Positions 23,861-37,036 of a stretch of 64,000 nt of DNA are shown here, one piece after another (positions within the stretch are counted from its first letter, which is position 1; every line of letters begins with the position of its first letter). A model generated the notes under the pieces. It did no database searches. It was not told where the DNA came from and was given only the letters and a program-made list of their open reading frames with translations. The stretch is from Pseudogymnoascus verrucosus (lineage: Eukaryota). Where the stretch lies: assembly GCA_001662655.1 (NCBI GenBank), contig KV460225.1. One strand, given 5' to 3'. Position numbers and translations under genes: made by a program.

Positions 23861-24749
23861 ACTAGAACATCACGTTGAGCGCAACGATTACTTTGATACA
23901 CCATTTATTTCTGTTCATACACAGGGCGCATCGGCATTGGGCGGCGTTATGCGGGAACCGGGCAGCAGCGATTGGCTCTATAATTCACATTTGCACATAC
24001 GGACAGACGGACAGATAGTTTTGGAGACTATAGACTGTAATTAAGCATATCACCACTTTCACGAAATCTCCTGGTTGGATACCTGAGGAAGACTCGAACG
24101 GTGCCTGGTTCAGGCCGGCCATAGAGAGTTGAAGCCTTGAAACAGGCTCGAATTCAAAGCCAACTAGAAAGACGGAGCTGTACTTACTAGGAATTATTAT
24201 ACGAAAATACCACTATTTCTTCCATTTCCACCAAACCCTCTATCACGTGCCAACCCAACTCCCAGGATCCCCATCCTTGTCGGCACATGTCCCGAAGGAG
24301 CCAAGGCCAGCCATCTTTCATTTGTATCACTGCGAATAAGCAAACGAGCTGTCGCCTGTCAGCTCCAACCACCTGTCACCATACACATTATGTCCCCCAG
24401 TGTAGTTTCGTGATCTCCCAAACCCCGTACTTCGTAGGTCGCATTTCCTCTTCCTCAAATTCGTTCACTCTCTCCCGCGCGCCGAGCCGGCATCGTCGGA
24501 AATTGGGTCTTTCGCATGCAAGCAAGCACACTCACTCTCACGACGCGCCTTCTAGAAGTCTCACCTTTCTCACTTTTTAATTCTACGTCGCGCGCGTGTG
24601 TCCTTGTACCCCGCCTGCCAGTTGCGGCGCAGCGGTACATAACATCGCCCGCAGCTTCGCGCTCACTTCTCACGTTTCTGTACTACGACAGCGTCCTTTG
24701 TTCCCGTCTTAAATCCCCATCTTCCTTCTCTATCAAACCCTAATGCGCC

Positions 24750-25839
24750 ATGCCCGCCCCTTCAACCCCCTCCTCAAACCGGTGGACCCTATCTTGGACA
24801 AGCTCCTCCCCACCCCCCAAGCCCCTCCCAGCGGGTATCAGGCGCTCTTTCATCACCACCCCCTCCGGCCCCCTCGAGCTCCTCAGCGCAACCCCCGACC
24901 CCACGCGCCCCCGCATCGCCCAATTCCCCATCCTCGAATCGCCCATCCTCTTCGTCCACGGCGGATTCGGATGCGCCTCCGTCTTTCTTCCCTGGCTCAC
25001 CCTCCTCGCTAATCATGGGTATAACGTCCACGCCCTCAGCATCCGCGGACACGGCCACTCATGGACACCCGGGTTCCTCCGCATGGCTTTACTGACTACC
25101 GCTTACGCCCTCGCTACAGACATTCGCGCTGGAATCTCGCATCTTGAGACGCTGTTCAGCGCGCGCGGCGAGGTCGTGTTGGTAGGCCATAGCGCAGGCG
25201 GAGGGCTCGTGCAGATCGTATGCGACCAGGAGCTGGCGCGTGTGCAGGCCCTGGCGTTGTTGGCTGGGACGCCGAGTTTTGGAGCGTGAGTTGCTGCTCT
25301 CCCCATAGTTGGAAGTTGTGCTAATGGAATGGTGTAGTGATCATGTGTACCGCGCGTGGTGGACGTTAGATCCGCTATTCTTACCCCGGATGTTCCTTCG
25401 GGACTGGCTGCATCCGCGATCGCCGCTTTCGTCGAGCGAGCTGGTCAAGGCGGCGTTCTTTTGTCCGTCGTTCCCGATTGATTGGGTGAAGCCGTTTGAG
25501 AAGCTCATGTCTGAGTATGAGAGCTTGAGGTGGCCTATTAGTACGATGTGGCGCGGATATGTGGATCCGAGGCGGGTGCTGTTGGGGTGCGGTATGAGGC
25601 TGTTTGTGTTGGCGGCGGAGCTGGATCAGTTAATGAGGATGGAGTTAATGGAGAAGACGACGGCGGAGTATGCTGGGGCGCTGAAACAGATAGGGAAGGA
25701 TGGGTATGATATTAGAAGGGGGGAGGTGGAGTTTGCGTCTGTGGAGGGGAGCGGTCATCACTTAATGAATGATCTGCAGTTTGAAGACGCCGCAAGGATA
25801 TTTGAGGACTGGTTGGAAAAGTTGAATGATGACGAGTAA
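24750..25839 (+). CDS. Alpha/beta hydrolase, 345 aa; intron 25286-25337
   Basis: PILFVHGGFG oxyanion motif, SIRGHGHS, nucleophile elbow VGHSAGG, Asp in AAELD and His in GSGHHLM. Intron GTGAGT...GCTAAT...TAG. Confidence 0.88.
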
Positions 25840-26387
25840 CGATCAATGGAAAAGTGCTGGGATAACGGTGTCCGGTCTGGGAGGCCTCTTGTAATGTTGC
25901 TGGCACAACTTTGGGGTTTTTGGAATAATATTCTCGTCATCGAGACGGACAACTCAAGAGCACAAGAGCACATGCCGTTTATGTCATGCAGTTGTGCATA
26001 ACACTAGCTGTACCTTGAACCATGCATCTTAAGCAATTGATAAAGAAATATATATTTTGTTCTTTCTGGGGAATCGCGTTCTAGAATATGTATGCGCACA
26101 CGTGAGCGATTCTCCGATGGCGGACACCCGTGGGGGTTATGGGCGCTTGGCGGGGTAAACCGCCAACTTCTCCCCCGCCAAAATAAATTCTTAGCCTCAC
26201 AGTCGAGTCACAGACCTCAAGTGACCGAGATAGTGGATATCAACCTCCCGCGAACTCCACCGAGCATGGCAAGGTGACGGAAAAGCAATATACACCATTT
26301 TTATTATATTATCCACCGAGGACACCCTTTTCACACCTCTCAATCGCTTCAATTCGCATCACCGAACAACCTCTCTACCCAGAAACC

Positions 26388-27449
26388 ATGGCCGCCTCTA
26401 AATTCACAGTCCGAGCTCCTTGCTCGTCGGCCAACATTGGTCCTGGCTTCGATGTCATCGGCCTCGCTCTGTCAATGTATCTCGAGCTCAAAGTCACCGT
26501 CGACCCCTCCGAAACCACCTCGCTCCCCCTCAACTGCCGCATAACCTACGAGGGCGAGGGCGCCCCCGACGTCCCCCTTGACCCAGAGGTCAACCTCATC
26601 ACCAAAGTTGCCCTCTACGTCCTCCGCTGCCACGGCCAGCGCGTCTTCCCCAAGAACACCCACGTCCACGTCATCAACCCCATCCCACTCGGCCGCGGCC
26701 TCGGCTCCTCTGGCTCCGCCGTCGTCTCCGGCGTCGTCCTCGCCAATGAGGCTGGCAAGCTCGGCCTCTCAAAGGCTCGCATCCTCGATTACTGCTTGAT
26801 GGTCGAGCGTCACCCCGATAACATCGCCGCGACCCTCTACGGTGGCTTTGTCGGTACCTACCTCAATGAGCTCAAGCCCGCTGATGTCGCGCGCCTTGAG
26901 ATCCCGGTCTCGGAAGTCCTCTCCAACACCGGCGGCGTGGATACGGGCCTGAACCCCCCGGAGCCGCCATTCAACATTGGACATTTCCATAAGTTCAAGT
27001 GGGCGCCGGAAATTAGGTGTATTGTCGTGATCCCGGATTTCGAGGTCGCGACGGCGAAGGCGAGAGAGGTGCTGCCGACGAGCTATACTAGACCTGATAT
27101 CGTGTTTAACCTGCAGCGCGTGGCGCTCCTGCCTACGGCTCTGGGCGAGTCGCCACCAGACCCGGAGTTCATCTACCTGTCGATGCAGGATAAGATCCAC
27201 CAGCCATACCGCAAGACTTTGATCCCAGGGTTGACGGAGATTCTGTCGAGCATATCGCCCAAGTCGCACCCAGGTCTCTTGGGCACTTGCCTCAGCGGTG
27301 CTGGACCAACCATTATGACACTGGCGACTGACAACTTTGAGAGTATCGCTGATCATCTGATTTCGGAATTCAAGAAGGAGGGCATTACGTGCGCATGGAA
27401 GCTGTTGGACCCGGCGCAGGAGGGGACGACTGTTACTTATGACGCTTAA
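26388..27449 (+). CDS. THR1: Homoserine kinase
   Basis: PCSSANIGPGFDVIG, GHMP motif IPLGRGLGSSGSA, ERHPDN and CLSGAGPT. ATG 26388 in ACCATGG context; intronless. Confidence 0.97.
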   Translation: MAASKFTVRAPCSSANIGPGFDVIGLALSMYLELKVTVDPSETTSLPLNCRITYEGEGAPDVPLDPEVNLITKVALYVLRCHGQRVFPKNTHVHVINPIPLGRGLGSSGSAVVSGVVLANEAGKLGLSKARILDYCLMVERHPDNIAATLYGGFVGTYLNELKPADVARLEIPVSEVLSNTGGVDTGLNPPEPPFNIGHFHKFKWAPEIRCIVVIPDFEVATAKAREVLPTSYTRPDIVFNLQRVALLPTALGESPPDPEFIYLSMQDKIHQPYRKTLIPGLTEILSSISPKSHPGLLGTCLSGAGPTIMTLATDNFESIADHLISEFKKEGITCAWKLLDPAQEGTTVTYDA

Positions 27450-28337
27450 TTGATTGGGCTTACTAACGGTTGGGGGTGGCTGCTTTGATCTTATACCTAG
27501 ATGGTTACTTTGGGAAGGAGCGATGGGGAGATGCATTATTGGTGGCATAGAAGGGGCGTACTTGCCAGTTGGGGGGGGCCGGCAAGATCGTAAACATGGC
27601 CAGAGGCAGGCGCAGCGATGCAAGGTCAGAGGTCAGAGGCAAGAGGGGGAGACTGAAGAAACAAAATGAATATTTATGGATAATCCGCATGTCCGCACCG
27701 TACTGAGAGTGTCGCACAGCCCCGTACAGCCATGTTTGGGGGCTGCGTGGGGAACCTGCTTGGATTGTCCGCGGAAACGTTTGAAAGTGTTTGTTGGATA
27801 GTCAGACTATATACACTGAACACAACAGCATTACACAATTACACAACCACGCGAAAGATCCCACGTTCAAACAAAAACAACTCACTCACGGTATAACCCC
27901 CCATCTCTCACAAACACCATACCGCCTCTCACAGCCCAGTCATCCCCAGTCGCACCTTCCTCCCGTCCCCCTCCTCCCCCCTGCACCTTCCTCCTCCGGC
28001 CGCGCGTCCCTTCCCATCCAGACCCGCCCTCCCCTGCCCATCAAGGCAAGCACGACCCAACCCCATACGAGCGCCCTTCCATCCACAGACGTCACAGCAA
28101 ACCTAAATCCAACGTCCCTTCCCTGATAAGAAGTGGTTGTTGGTCGTTCCTGCCCCTCCCGCTTAGAAAGTTGGCAGAGACACCCGGCAGCCAACCGAGC
28201 TATTTAGAACCCTTGTCTTAGACCACCATCTCCGACTCGCCCATCTTCTCTCAACAACACTTTTCTCATCCTCACTCACCCAATACCGATTTACAAATAC
28301 AACCTATCTCGCAGATTAAGAACGTAAATTAGTAGCT

Positions 28338-28818
28338 ATGACTATCATCCACATCGTCCTTTTCGAGTTCGCCGCCGACGCTGACCCAGAGGCTGTCAAT
28401 GACGTATGTTCCCATCCTCCCAGGTCCTGCCTTATCGATAAGCACGTGCAACAACCTCCTCCCAGGACGCAGACTGACTGATGAGCACATTAGATCTGCA
28501 AGCGCATGCTGAACCTGTCGAATACCTGTCGCCATCCCGAGAATGGGCAGCAGTACGTGTTTAATGGGATTGGGGGGAAGAATAACAGCCCGGAGGGTCA
28601 TGATGTGAGTTGCTTCCTCTCTTTTTGCGGGGTGGGGGATAAGGAAGGCTAATACTGGATAGGGAGGGTTGACGCATGCGTTTATCTCGCATTTTGTGTC
28701 GGAGGCGGATCGGAAGTATTATTTGGAGAAGGACCCGGTGCATCTTGCGTTTGTGAAGAGTGTTGGGCCGCTGGTGAAGCAGGTGAAGGTTGTGGATTTT
28801 GAGGATGGGGTGTTTTGA
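28338..28818 (+). CDS. Stress-responsive A/B barrel (Dabb) protein, 110 aa; exons 28338-28403, 28494-28604, 28663-28818
   Basis: Not in the ORF track. Spliced product MTIIHIVLFEF...CRHPENGQQYV..GIGGKNNSPEGHDGGLTHAFISHFVSEADRKYYLEKDPVHLAFVKSV...VVDFEDGVF matches the Dabb pattern; two canonical introns. Confidence 0.9.
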
Positions 28819-29253
28819 GACTGAGGAGGTGGGGCTCAGTTTTAATGAGTGATGAGGAGCAGGTTGATGGGTGTTACTGGCATTATTCATGGATGGACTT
28901 TAAAATGGAATGGAATGGAATTGATTGATCTTCGTGGGTTCTCACAACACTTTTATCAGCACCGCGCATGAGTCTTTCAGAGCCAACGTGAACTCGCCCT
29001 CCACACATCCTCACAATCTCCCCAAGCACTCAGTCCAAATATTCCAAAATGAGGATTAAATTATTATCTTATATACTCTAGCCCCCACATCCGGATATAC
29101 AAATTCCCAGGCCGCAGCCGTATCTGTTCCCAAAATACAACAAACAAAACATATAATCTCAACGGGTCTCAAAACCCCCCAGCAGACGCAGACGCCAAAA
29201 CAATACGCGCAGCCCACTTTCCCTGTCCCTCACACTCTCTCCCAATACACCGC

Positions 29254-29820
29254 TTACAACATAGCCGCAACAGCGACGATGGCAGCGAGGAGGCTGCCAG
29301 CGGGGGCGAAGATGGAAGCTCCTGCACCGGGATCACCACCGCCGGACTTGGGAGCGGTGTTTGTGTTCGAGTTGGAGTCACCGTTCGTGGGAGCATCGGT
29401 CGAGCTGGCGCTGCCGCCGGAGCCGGTTGAGCTGGCGCTGCCGCTGCTGGTATCGCCAGAGCTGCTTCCAGTGCCACTTCCGCTGCCACTTCCGCTGCCA
29501 CTACCGCTGCCGCCGCACTCGGCCTGGAGCTCGGCCGAGTAGGGGAATGTGACTTCAGGGCAGTACTTTGTGAAGCATCTAGGCGGGGGTTAGTCTGGGT
29601 GGTTGGTCGAGGGGCTAGGAATAACGCACGCTTGTCCGCCGGTGGCGGCCTTGCAGAGGCAGGAGATGTCGCTGTTGCCACAGTTCTGGACGTCCTTGAG
29701 GTAGGGCGCAGCGCAGTTACTGAGGCCTTGGGGGTCGCTGCAGTTCTGGACGTCTCCGAGGTCAACCTGGGCGGCGACAATGGTGGCCGAGGCGGCGGCG
29801 AGGAGGAGGGAGAAACGCAT
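29254..29820 (-). CDS. Small secreted Cys-rich (CFEM-like), Ser/Gly-rich GPI-anchored protein, 171 aa; intron 29579-29629
   Basis: Signal peptide MRFSLLLAAASATIVAA, an 8-Cys domain (C..C..C..SCLC..C..YC..C) with a duplicated DVQNC, a GS-rich stalk and hydrophobic tail LLAAIVAVAAML. Confidence 0.85.
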
Positions 29821-31583
29821 GTTGATTGGGGTTTGGTGGTTTGAGGAAAAGGTAAGGGGTGGCTTAAAGAGTGTTTGAAGATGAGAAGATGGATTGAGAA
29901 GATTTGAGTTGGAAGGATGAGGGGGAAAGAAAAGCAGAAGGATAGAGACGGACTTGGGGAATATTAGTACTCACGCCAATCCCTATCACTTCTCAGCACT
30001 CTCAAACGGATCAGGCACTGAGAGGGGTGTGAGCGTAGCTGAACTGAGCTATTCTGTGAATTGAGGGACAGCACTGCCCACCCGCCCCAAGTCAAACCAA
30101 TGAGCGCGCGACCCGCAAGCCCAAGCAACATGATGATCGCGCCTAGGAATAACATTGTGTCGGACCCTGCTTGGCTTCCGGAGGCATTGCTGACCCGATA
30201 GAAATGGATCGCGAGGCAGCTGAATGGTTCGGTGGGGAAACCAAACTGACAGACAAGGCGAGATCTACCTGTCACAAATTACCATAAGCCGCATTGGATT
30301 CAGCTGTCTCCACCGTTGGCTTGGAGGGGTGGGTTTAGAGCGTGATGATAGATGTCATTGGTTTTTGAAGGGTCTTGCTGAACCATATCCAGTGATAAAA
30401 TTGCTCTTGTCAGCCTTACGCTTCTGCACGAAGGATGTGGCATGGGGTCGTGGCTCGGTGAACTTTCTCAGCCCTCCTTAAACCCATAACCGATGGCGTG
30501 GAGAACCTTAAGTGCCTGGAATGACACACTGTATTCCCTGCCTGTCAACTATAAATCTTCCCATGGCACCTGACGTCCATATCCCTCAGTATTCCCAGAC
30601 TTCTGAACATACAGAAGTACGTACGGAATCCATCGCCCATTGAGCCCCTTCTTGTAATTCTCTAGCTGAGGATGAAGCAATAAACAAATCCACGCAACTC
30701 ACAACACGAAGTTCTCGGACTCCTTGCTTCCCTCCCACCTCCAACCGAAACGATCTCCCTCAGAAGTAAAATTAGCAGTACCCATTCAGCCCATGTGCCA
30801 AGAAGAGAGGCTTGGAGATCAACAGGTGCCGTGCTCTTAAGTTTCCTATTCTGGGGTTAATTGAACTGCGTCGGCAAATGAGCCCTGGACTTGGCAAGCC
30901 ACTGTGGACATGATGTGGTAAGGACGTGGGACTCGGCCTCTGGTCTGAGTTTTGTGGCTGGGTAAGACGGGACGATATAGGTCCATTTCATCAGCCTCGA
31001 ACATTTGTTATCGGATAACTAGGCAGAAGAGCGGATTCCATGAGTTTCTCACTTGGAGTAACACGAGCTAAGAATATCTTTGGGGCGCTCACAGAATTAA
31101 TACCAATGGAAAATTCTAGATTTCACATTCTCATACTATCGTTGACTAGATCTGTTGTGAGCTTGTTGGCGTTGTTAGTATGGTCATCACGTGACTGAGC
31201 GTGTCATTGCTCTGGCATAAGGCGGTGAGGGCATCCTCGCATGACAACCGGCAGAATTTCACGCCGTCGTCGTTCCCTTGTCCAAAGCGTCAACCCAGGA
31301 GCCCAGCGCAATATAAATTCCCACTCAATGTTGCCACTTGAGATTGACGGTGTTGGCAGAATCTGTTGCTTTAGTTTCCTCTGTTGAAGTATTGCTTCTC
31401 TGCCAGTATTGCGTAACTGCTCCGTCTTTCTGCTGAGATGATTGCCATATAAACAAACCGGACGTGAGCCCTTCGTTCTTTCCGCGCGATGGCTAATACC
31501 CAGCGTTTTGAAAACGGAAGGAACATTATCCATCAGATTTGGCACTGCATTCATTACAGTGATTGAAGGATTCCAACAACGGC

Positions 31584-34500
31584 ATGGCTTCTTCACCTGC
31601 TATCGCTCCATTGCCACCTGAAGTTGTTGCCCAGATAAAATCGTCTGTTTCTATCACGTCGGTAAATGGGGTTATCATTCAGCTACTGAAGAATTCCCTT
31701 GATGCCTCAGCCGGAAAGGTCGATGTTCAGGTTGACTATGGTCGTGGTGGCTGTATAGTCGAAGATGATGGACTGGGTATAGCGCCAGCCGAATTCCAAC
31801 CCAGTGGCGGGTTGGCAAAACTTCATCGTAAGAAACCCAGTCTGGTAATCGGCAAAACTCTAATATATATATAGATACCTCCAAATATACCAGTGATACT
31901 GAAACGCATGGCACCCAGGGCTGTTTCATTGCTTCCCTTGCTGCGCTGTCATTACTGTCTATCACTTCACATCACCATCTGCACCGCTCGCATAATTCTA
32001 TAGCCTTGTCCAGATCCCAGGTTATATCTCGTCATACTCCGGCTCCTGAGGCACAGAATTTAGTGTCATTAAACCATGGCACTCGTGTTACCGTGCGGAA
32101 CCTGTTTGGGGATATGCCAGTCCGAGTCAAGCAGCGTGCTATTGAGAATGCAGAGTCGTCAAGAAATCCGAAAGACTGGGATTCGCTCCGCAAAGAAGTC
32201 ATGGCCTTGATATTAGCATGGCAGGGCCCTATTTCTGTGACCATAAAAGAGCTTTCATCCAACACCAAGTTACGGACTTTGCGTATAAGTTCGAGGCAGA
32301 GAAATATCAATGATGATGGTGCCCTGATATCACATATTTGCAGCACTCTTGCGCAAGCATCTTTCATTCCTTCAGTAGACACATCGTCTTGGGTGTCTGC
32401 AAGCGGCTCTACATCTACAGTTAGTATCAGGAGCGGAATCTCACTTGATCCCGCGCCCACCAAAGGCATTCAATTCATGTCCTTTGGAATACACCCTTTG
32501 AGCAACGAAGACGGACGCAATATTTTGTTTGAAGAGGTCAATCGTCTTTTTGCCAATTCATCGTTTGGCATAGTGGATGATCTTCCCCAGCTAGATGAGA
32601 CAGAGAAGAAGAGGAGAGCAGAGGACAAGCGATATAAAAGCGATGGTTTTACCAACAAGGAGTTAAAAGGGTCTGGAAAGGGGGTGGACAAATGGCCGAT
32701 GTTCTATATGAGAATCGATATTCATGGTCCAATACCCAACCACGACCCCGTTGAAGATGTTTTTGACGATGAGAAAACTCTCATTTCCATCACGAAGTTA
32801 CTCCAGGCTGTCATTGTGGAGTTTCTCCGAAGCAACAACTTTAATCCCAAGTTTATCCGGCCTCCTGGCTCGCCGTCCAAGCGCAAAGCTGAAAGCAGCG
32901 AGGTTGACATGGGTAGAATTGAGCCGTCGGGTTCTTCTACTAAAGCTATTTATGATATGCCTGGAACGTCAGTCTCACCAAAGAAAAGGGCAATCACGAA
33001 ACTTCCGACAAGGCATCCAAGTCCTAGGCCATCATCGCCGTTTGATATATGGCCTAGGGTCAAAAGCGGGAGGGTTCCAACGCTTGTCAAGACGTCAAAA
33101 AGAGAATTATCCAATGTCGACGACGGAGTTCAAGCGGCAAAAGGCGCCCAGCCTTCAAAGCGTCCTTCGGCAGGGTCGAAAGACACCGGAAGGGATTCTA
33201 CCTCCAAGATAGAGAAGTCTCTACCCCGCAGCACGACCCCGCTTATCTCGAAATCAGGTACAGTATCCCAGCTGCCTTTTATGGATGTGGCAAAGCCAAC
33301 CAGGCGACCTGCAATGGCTCCCAAAAAAGAAGTTCCGATCAACGAATCCCCTCCCGACATGGAGAAAGACGAACTTGTTCCTTGGACAGACCCAACTACA
33401 AAGGAAAACTGCTTCGTCAACATGCGCACTGGCTCAGTACAGCAAACCCCAAAATTGAGCGTCAAGCCTACTCCAGAAACACGCCACGGACTCCAAACAC
33501 TCAATAGAAAGTACGCCCCAAAATCACACGACACACCCACCCAACCCCACCAACCAAGCGACTGGCTCAACAGCATCCTCACCAACTGGAACAACCCCGT
33601 CTTCCCCCCCGCCGAACCCCCCATCCCCCAAATCCAGCCCGACTGGACCGACACCCACACTCAGAGCATCCTGCACGGCCACCACCATACCTGCACCCAA
33701 GCAGCCATCGACCGCGCCTTCCAAGTCAGCGCCACCAGCTCCACCGGCCATCTATCGAAATCGGGACTCCAGCAAGCCCGTGTCATTGCGCAGGTTGATC
33801 GCAAGTTTATACTCGCGCGGATGCCGGCAGCAGCAGCATCTATGGATGACGGAGTAAGCGGGGAGGATATGCTCGTTATTATCGATCAGCACGCCGCTGA
33901 TGAACGCTGTCGCATTGAAGCTCTTATGGCGGATTTCTTTCTACCGCCTTCACCGTTGCCGGGACTGGGACACGATGAGTTGGCCCCTCGTGTCCGCGTG
34001 GAGAGGCTAGAGAAGAGCATTGTCTTTGAGGTAGCGGACGCAGAATCGGAGTTGCTGGAGCGTCATCGACGACACTTTGCGGATTGGGGCGTGTTGTATT
34101 ACATTTGCCCTGGGGAGGGGATGGATAAAGTCGTGCTGACGGCATTACCGCCTGGTATTGTGGAGAGGTGCCGCGCGGATCCGAAGATAGCTATTGAACT
34201 CATCCGGCGTGAGGTGTGGGGGGTTGATGGAAGAGGGGGTGCTGGGCCATCACGTCTGGTTAGGGGAAATGAAACCGCAGAGCAGACGGATGTGGAAGGA
34301 GGGGCGACCCCAGATTGGGTGGCACGCATGCAGGGCTGTCCGGCGGGGATACTGGAGATGCTAAATTCGCGTGCTTGTCGGGGGGCGGTGATGTTTAATG
34401 ATGTGCTTGAGCGTCGAGAGTGTGAGATGTTGGTAAGGAGGTTGGGGGAGTGTAAGTTCCCGTTTTTGTGTGCGCATGGGAGGCCGAGTATGGTGCCGCT

Positions 34501-34642
34501 TGTTGGGGTTGGGGAAGGTGTGGTGGTTGGAATGGAGAGGGAGGGTAAGGTGAGGGAGAAGGGGGTGGGAGATCGAGATGGGGGAGAGGGTTTTGGGAGG
34601 GCGTTTAGGATGTGGAAGAGTGAGACGAGGAGGAGCAGCTGA
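31584..34642 (+). CDS. MLH3: MutL-family mismatch repair / meiotic crossover endonuclease MLH3, ~1003 aa; intron 31828-31874
   Basis: N-terminal GHKL fold (NSLDA, VEDDGLGI, GTRVTVRNLFGDMPVR). C-terminal QVDRKFI, DQHAADER endonuclease motif, SRACRGAVMFND and FPFLCAHGRPSMVP. Confidence 0.92.
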
Positions 34643-35330
34643 TATTATAAAACGAAACTAGAAGATGGGTTGGCACATCTTGTATCAAATATTCCCCCAT
34701 CCAAATACATAATAAATACATCAAATAACTACCACCTAGAACGCCTCGTCTGATTCATATGATTATCCATTAAACAGTATAGACCAAGAAAAGACTCTCA
34801 ATCACGAGCAACGCCAGAATAACTCCATTGCCCATAATTAACACGGTCACCTTTCAAAGGGGTGGCAGCCCCGTACTGGAAGATAGATAGACAGCGCGAT
34901 CCATCTCCCTAGTCACAGCAACACGCATGACACATATATGTCGCCAGCTAGCCGGGGTCATTGAATTTTTATTCCACGACATCGGGGATGATAGAAAAAT
35001 TCCCAAGAGGGTATGAGGAATAGGGGGTAACTACAACCGTCACTCTTATCTGTCGCTGGTATATTCTCATCACCACACGCGCTTCCTTTGTCACCGTACT
35101 TCAATTGCCACCACCCTTCTTTCGTGACCACGCCACGCCTCTTTCTCAATGATAACAGAGACATCTCCATCCAACACATGATACGATGGATGTTTAACCA
35201 TATCCTGCCTTTGTCGTCTGAGTTCTGCAACAACAGCAGAAGTGGCCGGATGTGCGAGATATGCTTTGGGTGTGCAGAGTCCTTTAGCCGCCTTGTCTCA
35301 TGTTATATCAGTTGACAACAGTACTACTAC

Positions 35331-35365
<35 letters not shown>

Positions 35366-37036
35366 TCATTCTCACCCGTACCCGTCATTCCTACATTCTC
35401 GTCACCGCACTACCACCACCACTACTACTGTTGCCACCCTTACCCATCGCTCATACATTCTCGTCAGCGCACATCTCCCTCTCACCCTCACCCTCCTCAA
35501 AAAAACCCCCCATACTCCCCGCTAGCTGCAAACAAACCAGACCCTAACAGCAGACACCCGTTTAAGTGACATTCTCTCAATAGCAACGAGTCGTCGTTTG
35601 CTCCTGCTCACGTCGGTTGCGTTGGCCGTAACTTATAGAATTTCTTTCTCTCAGTCTCGCGATAAACAAAGGATGACTCGTATGGCTCTTGGTACGGACT
35701 GGGTTTGGGAGGAGGGGAGAGGGGAGAGGGGCTATAGGGGGGTGTGTGTTTGTGGCGTGGTGGTTGGTAGTAGGAGGGGGAGGGGGTTGCTGAGGTGTTG
35801 GGGGGGAGGTAGAGGGAACGGATGGGGGGGGGTGCTGTACTAGGAGGGATGAGAGGAGATGGAGAGTCCTCTCAATGGAAGAAGAAGAATAAAGTGGTAT
35901 AGCACAGCACAGCATAGTAAATCCCCCGTGCGTCAGTCAGTCAGTCAATACACATACAATACAAACCCACGAAATCCATCACCCCCCCGTCCGCCCCCAA
36001 AAAAAACACTAGTAAAATAGAATCCCTCTCCATTTTATGAATCTTATAAACTTAAAAGTTAAAAACGACTATAGCCACCCTCCCTCCCCCTAGTAGCATA
36101 AATAATCCCTAGCAAAAATCCAACCCCGACTTCTCCCTCTCTCTCACTCCCCCTCTCACTCCCCCTCTCACTCCCCCCCTCTCTGTCGCGAGATCGGCAA
36201 CCCCCTGCCCCACCCTCAGCTAGGTCTCCAAAACCATCCAAAACAAAAGGGAGTAAGTAGTAGCTGCAAAAAAAAACAAAAACAAATGATGAGGCGAAAA
36301 ACGTATAGCAAATAAGTGATATTTCCCGAGCCCCTACGGTCGTGCTTTCTTTCCCATCTCCCCATCCCCAGTTCCTATCCCTTTTCCTCCCTTCCCTTCC
36401 CATTCCATTCCATTTCTTCCCTGATATTTCCCATCCCATCATAAAAAACAAAATAAAAGGTTTGAGCACACACACACACACACACATAACGACAATAAAA
36501 ACGCAAAATCAGCACAGAAATATGACAGCGAACAAGGGTGAAAAAAAAATGTGGTAGTAGTTGAAAAAAAAAAAAACGGAAATAGCAACGGTCTTTCCAG
36601 CTTTCTTCTCTTCCTCTCTCTCTCTCTCTCTCTCCGCTCTTCCCATGGTGGTGGTGGGTTGGACGGTAGCAGGTAGTATTCCCGCTCCCTTTCCCAACAC
36701 ATCCATCCATCCATCCCTCTTCCCCTTCCCATTTCCTTGCATTTTCCTTCTCCCTTCCCCTCACCCCCTTCCCTTTCATAAGCTACCCTTTCGTCCATCC
36801 CACTGTCTCTTATTCGTCCTCATACGAGAAACGAATAGCGGGTAGTAAAGAGGGGGTGCAAAATAGAGCGACTATCGTGAAATTGGACCAGCCAGTTGCC
36901 ATAACGCCGGGAAGAGCGGGCGAGCATATTACCGCCTTTCGTAAGGACGGGGGTGGTGGTGGTATTATGTATATAAAATATGTTTTCGTTTTCGTATCCT
37001 TAGCGAACCTCGGAGTCAAACAAGAGGGGAGCGGGT

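Noticed and set aside
30200..31200. Possible pseudogene or ncRNA upstream of MLH3
   Set aside because: No sustained ORF, recognisable motif or RNA-gene signature.
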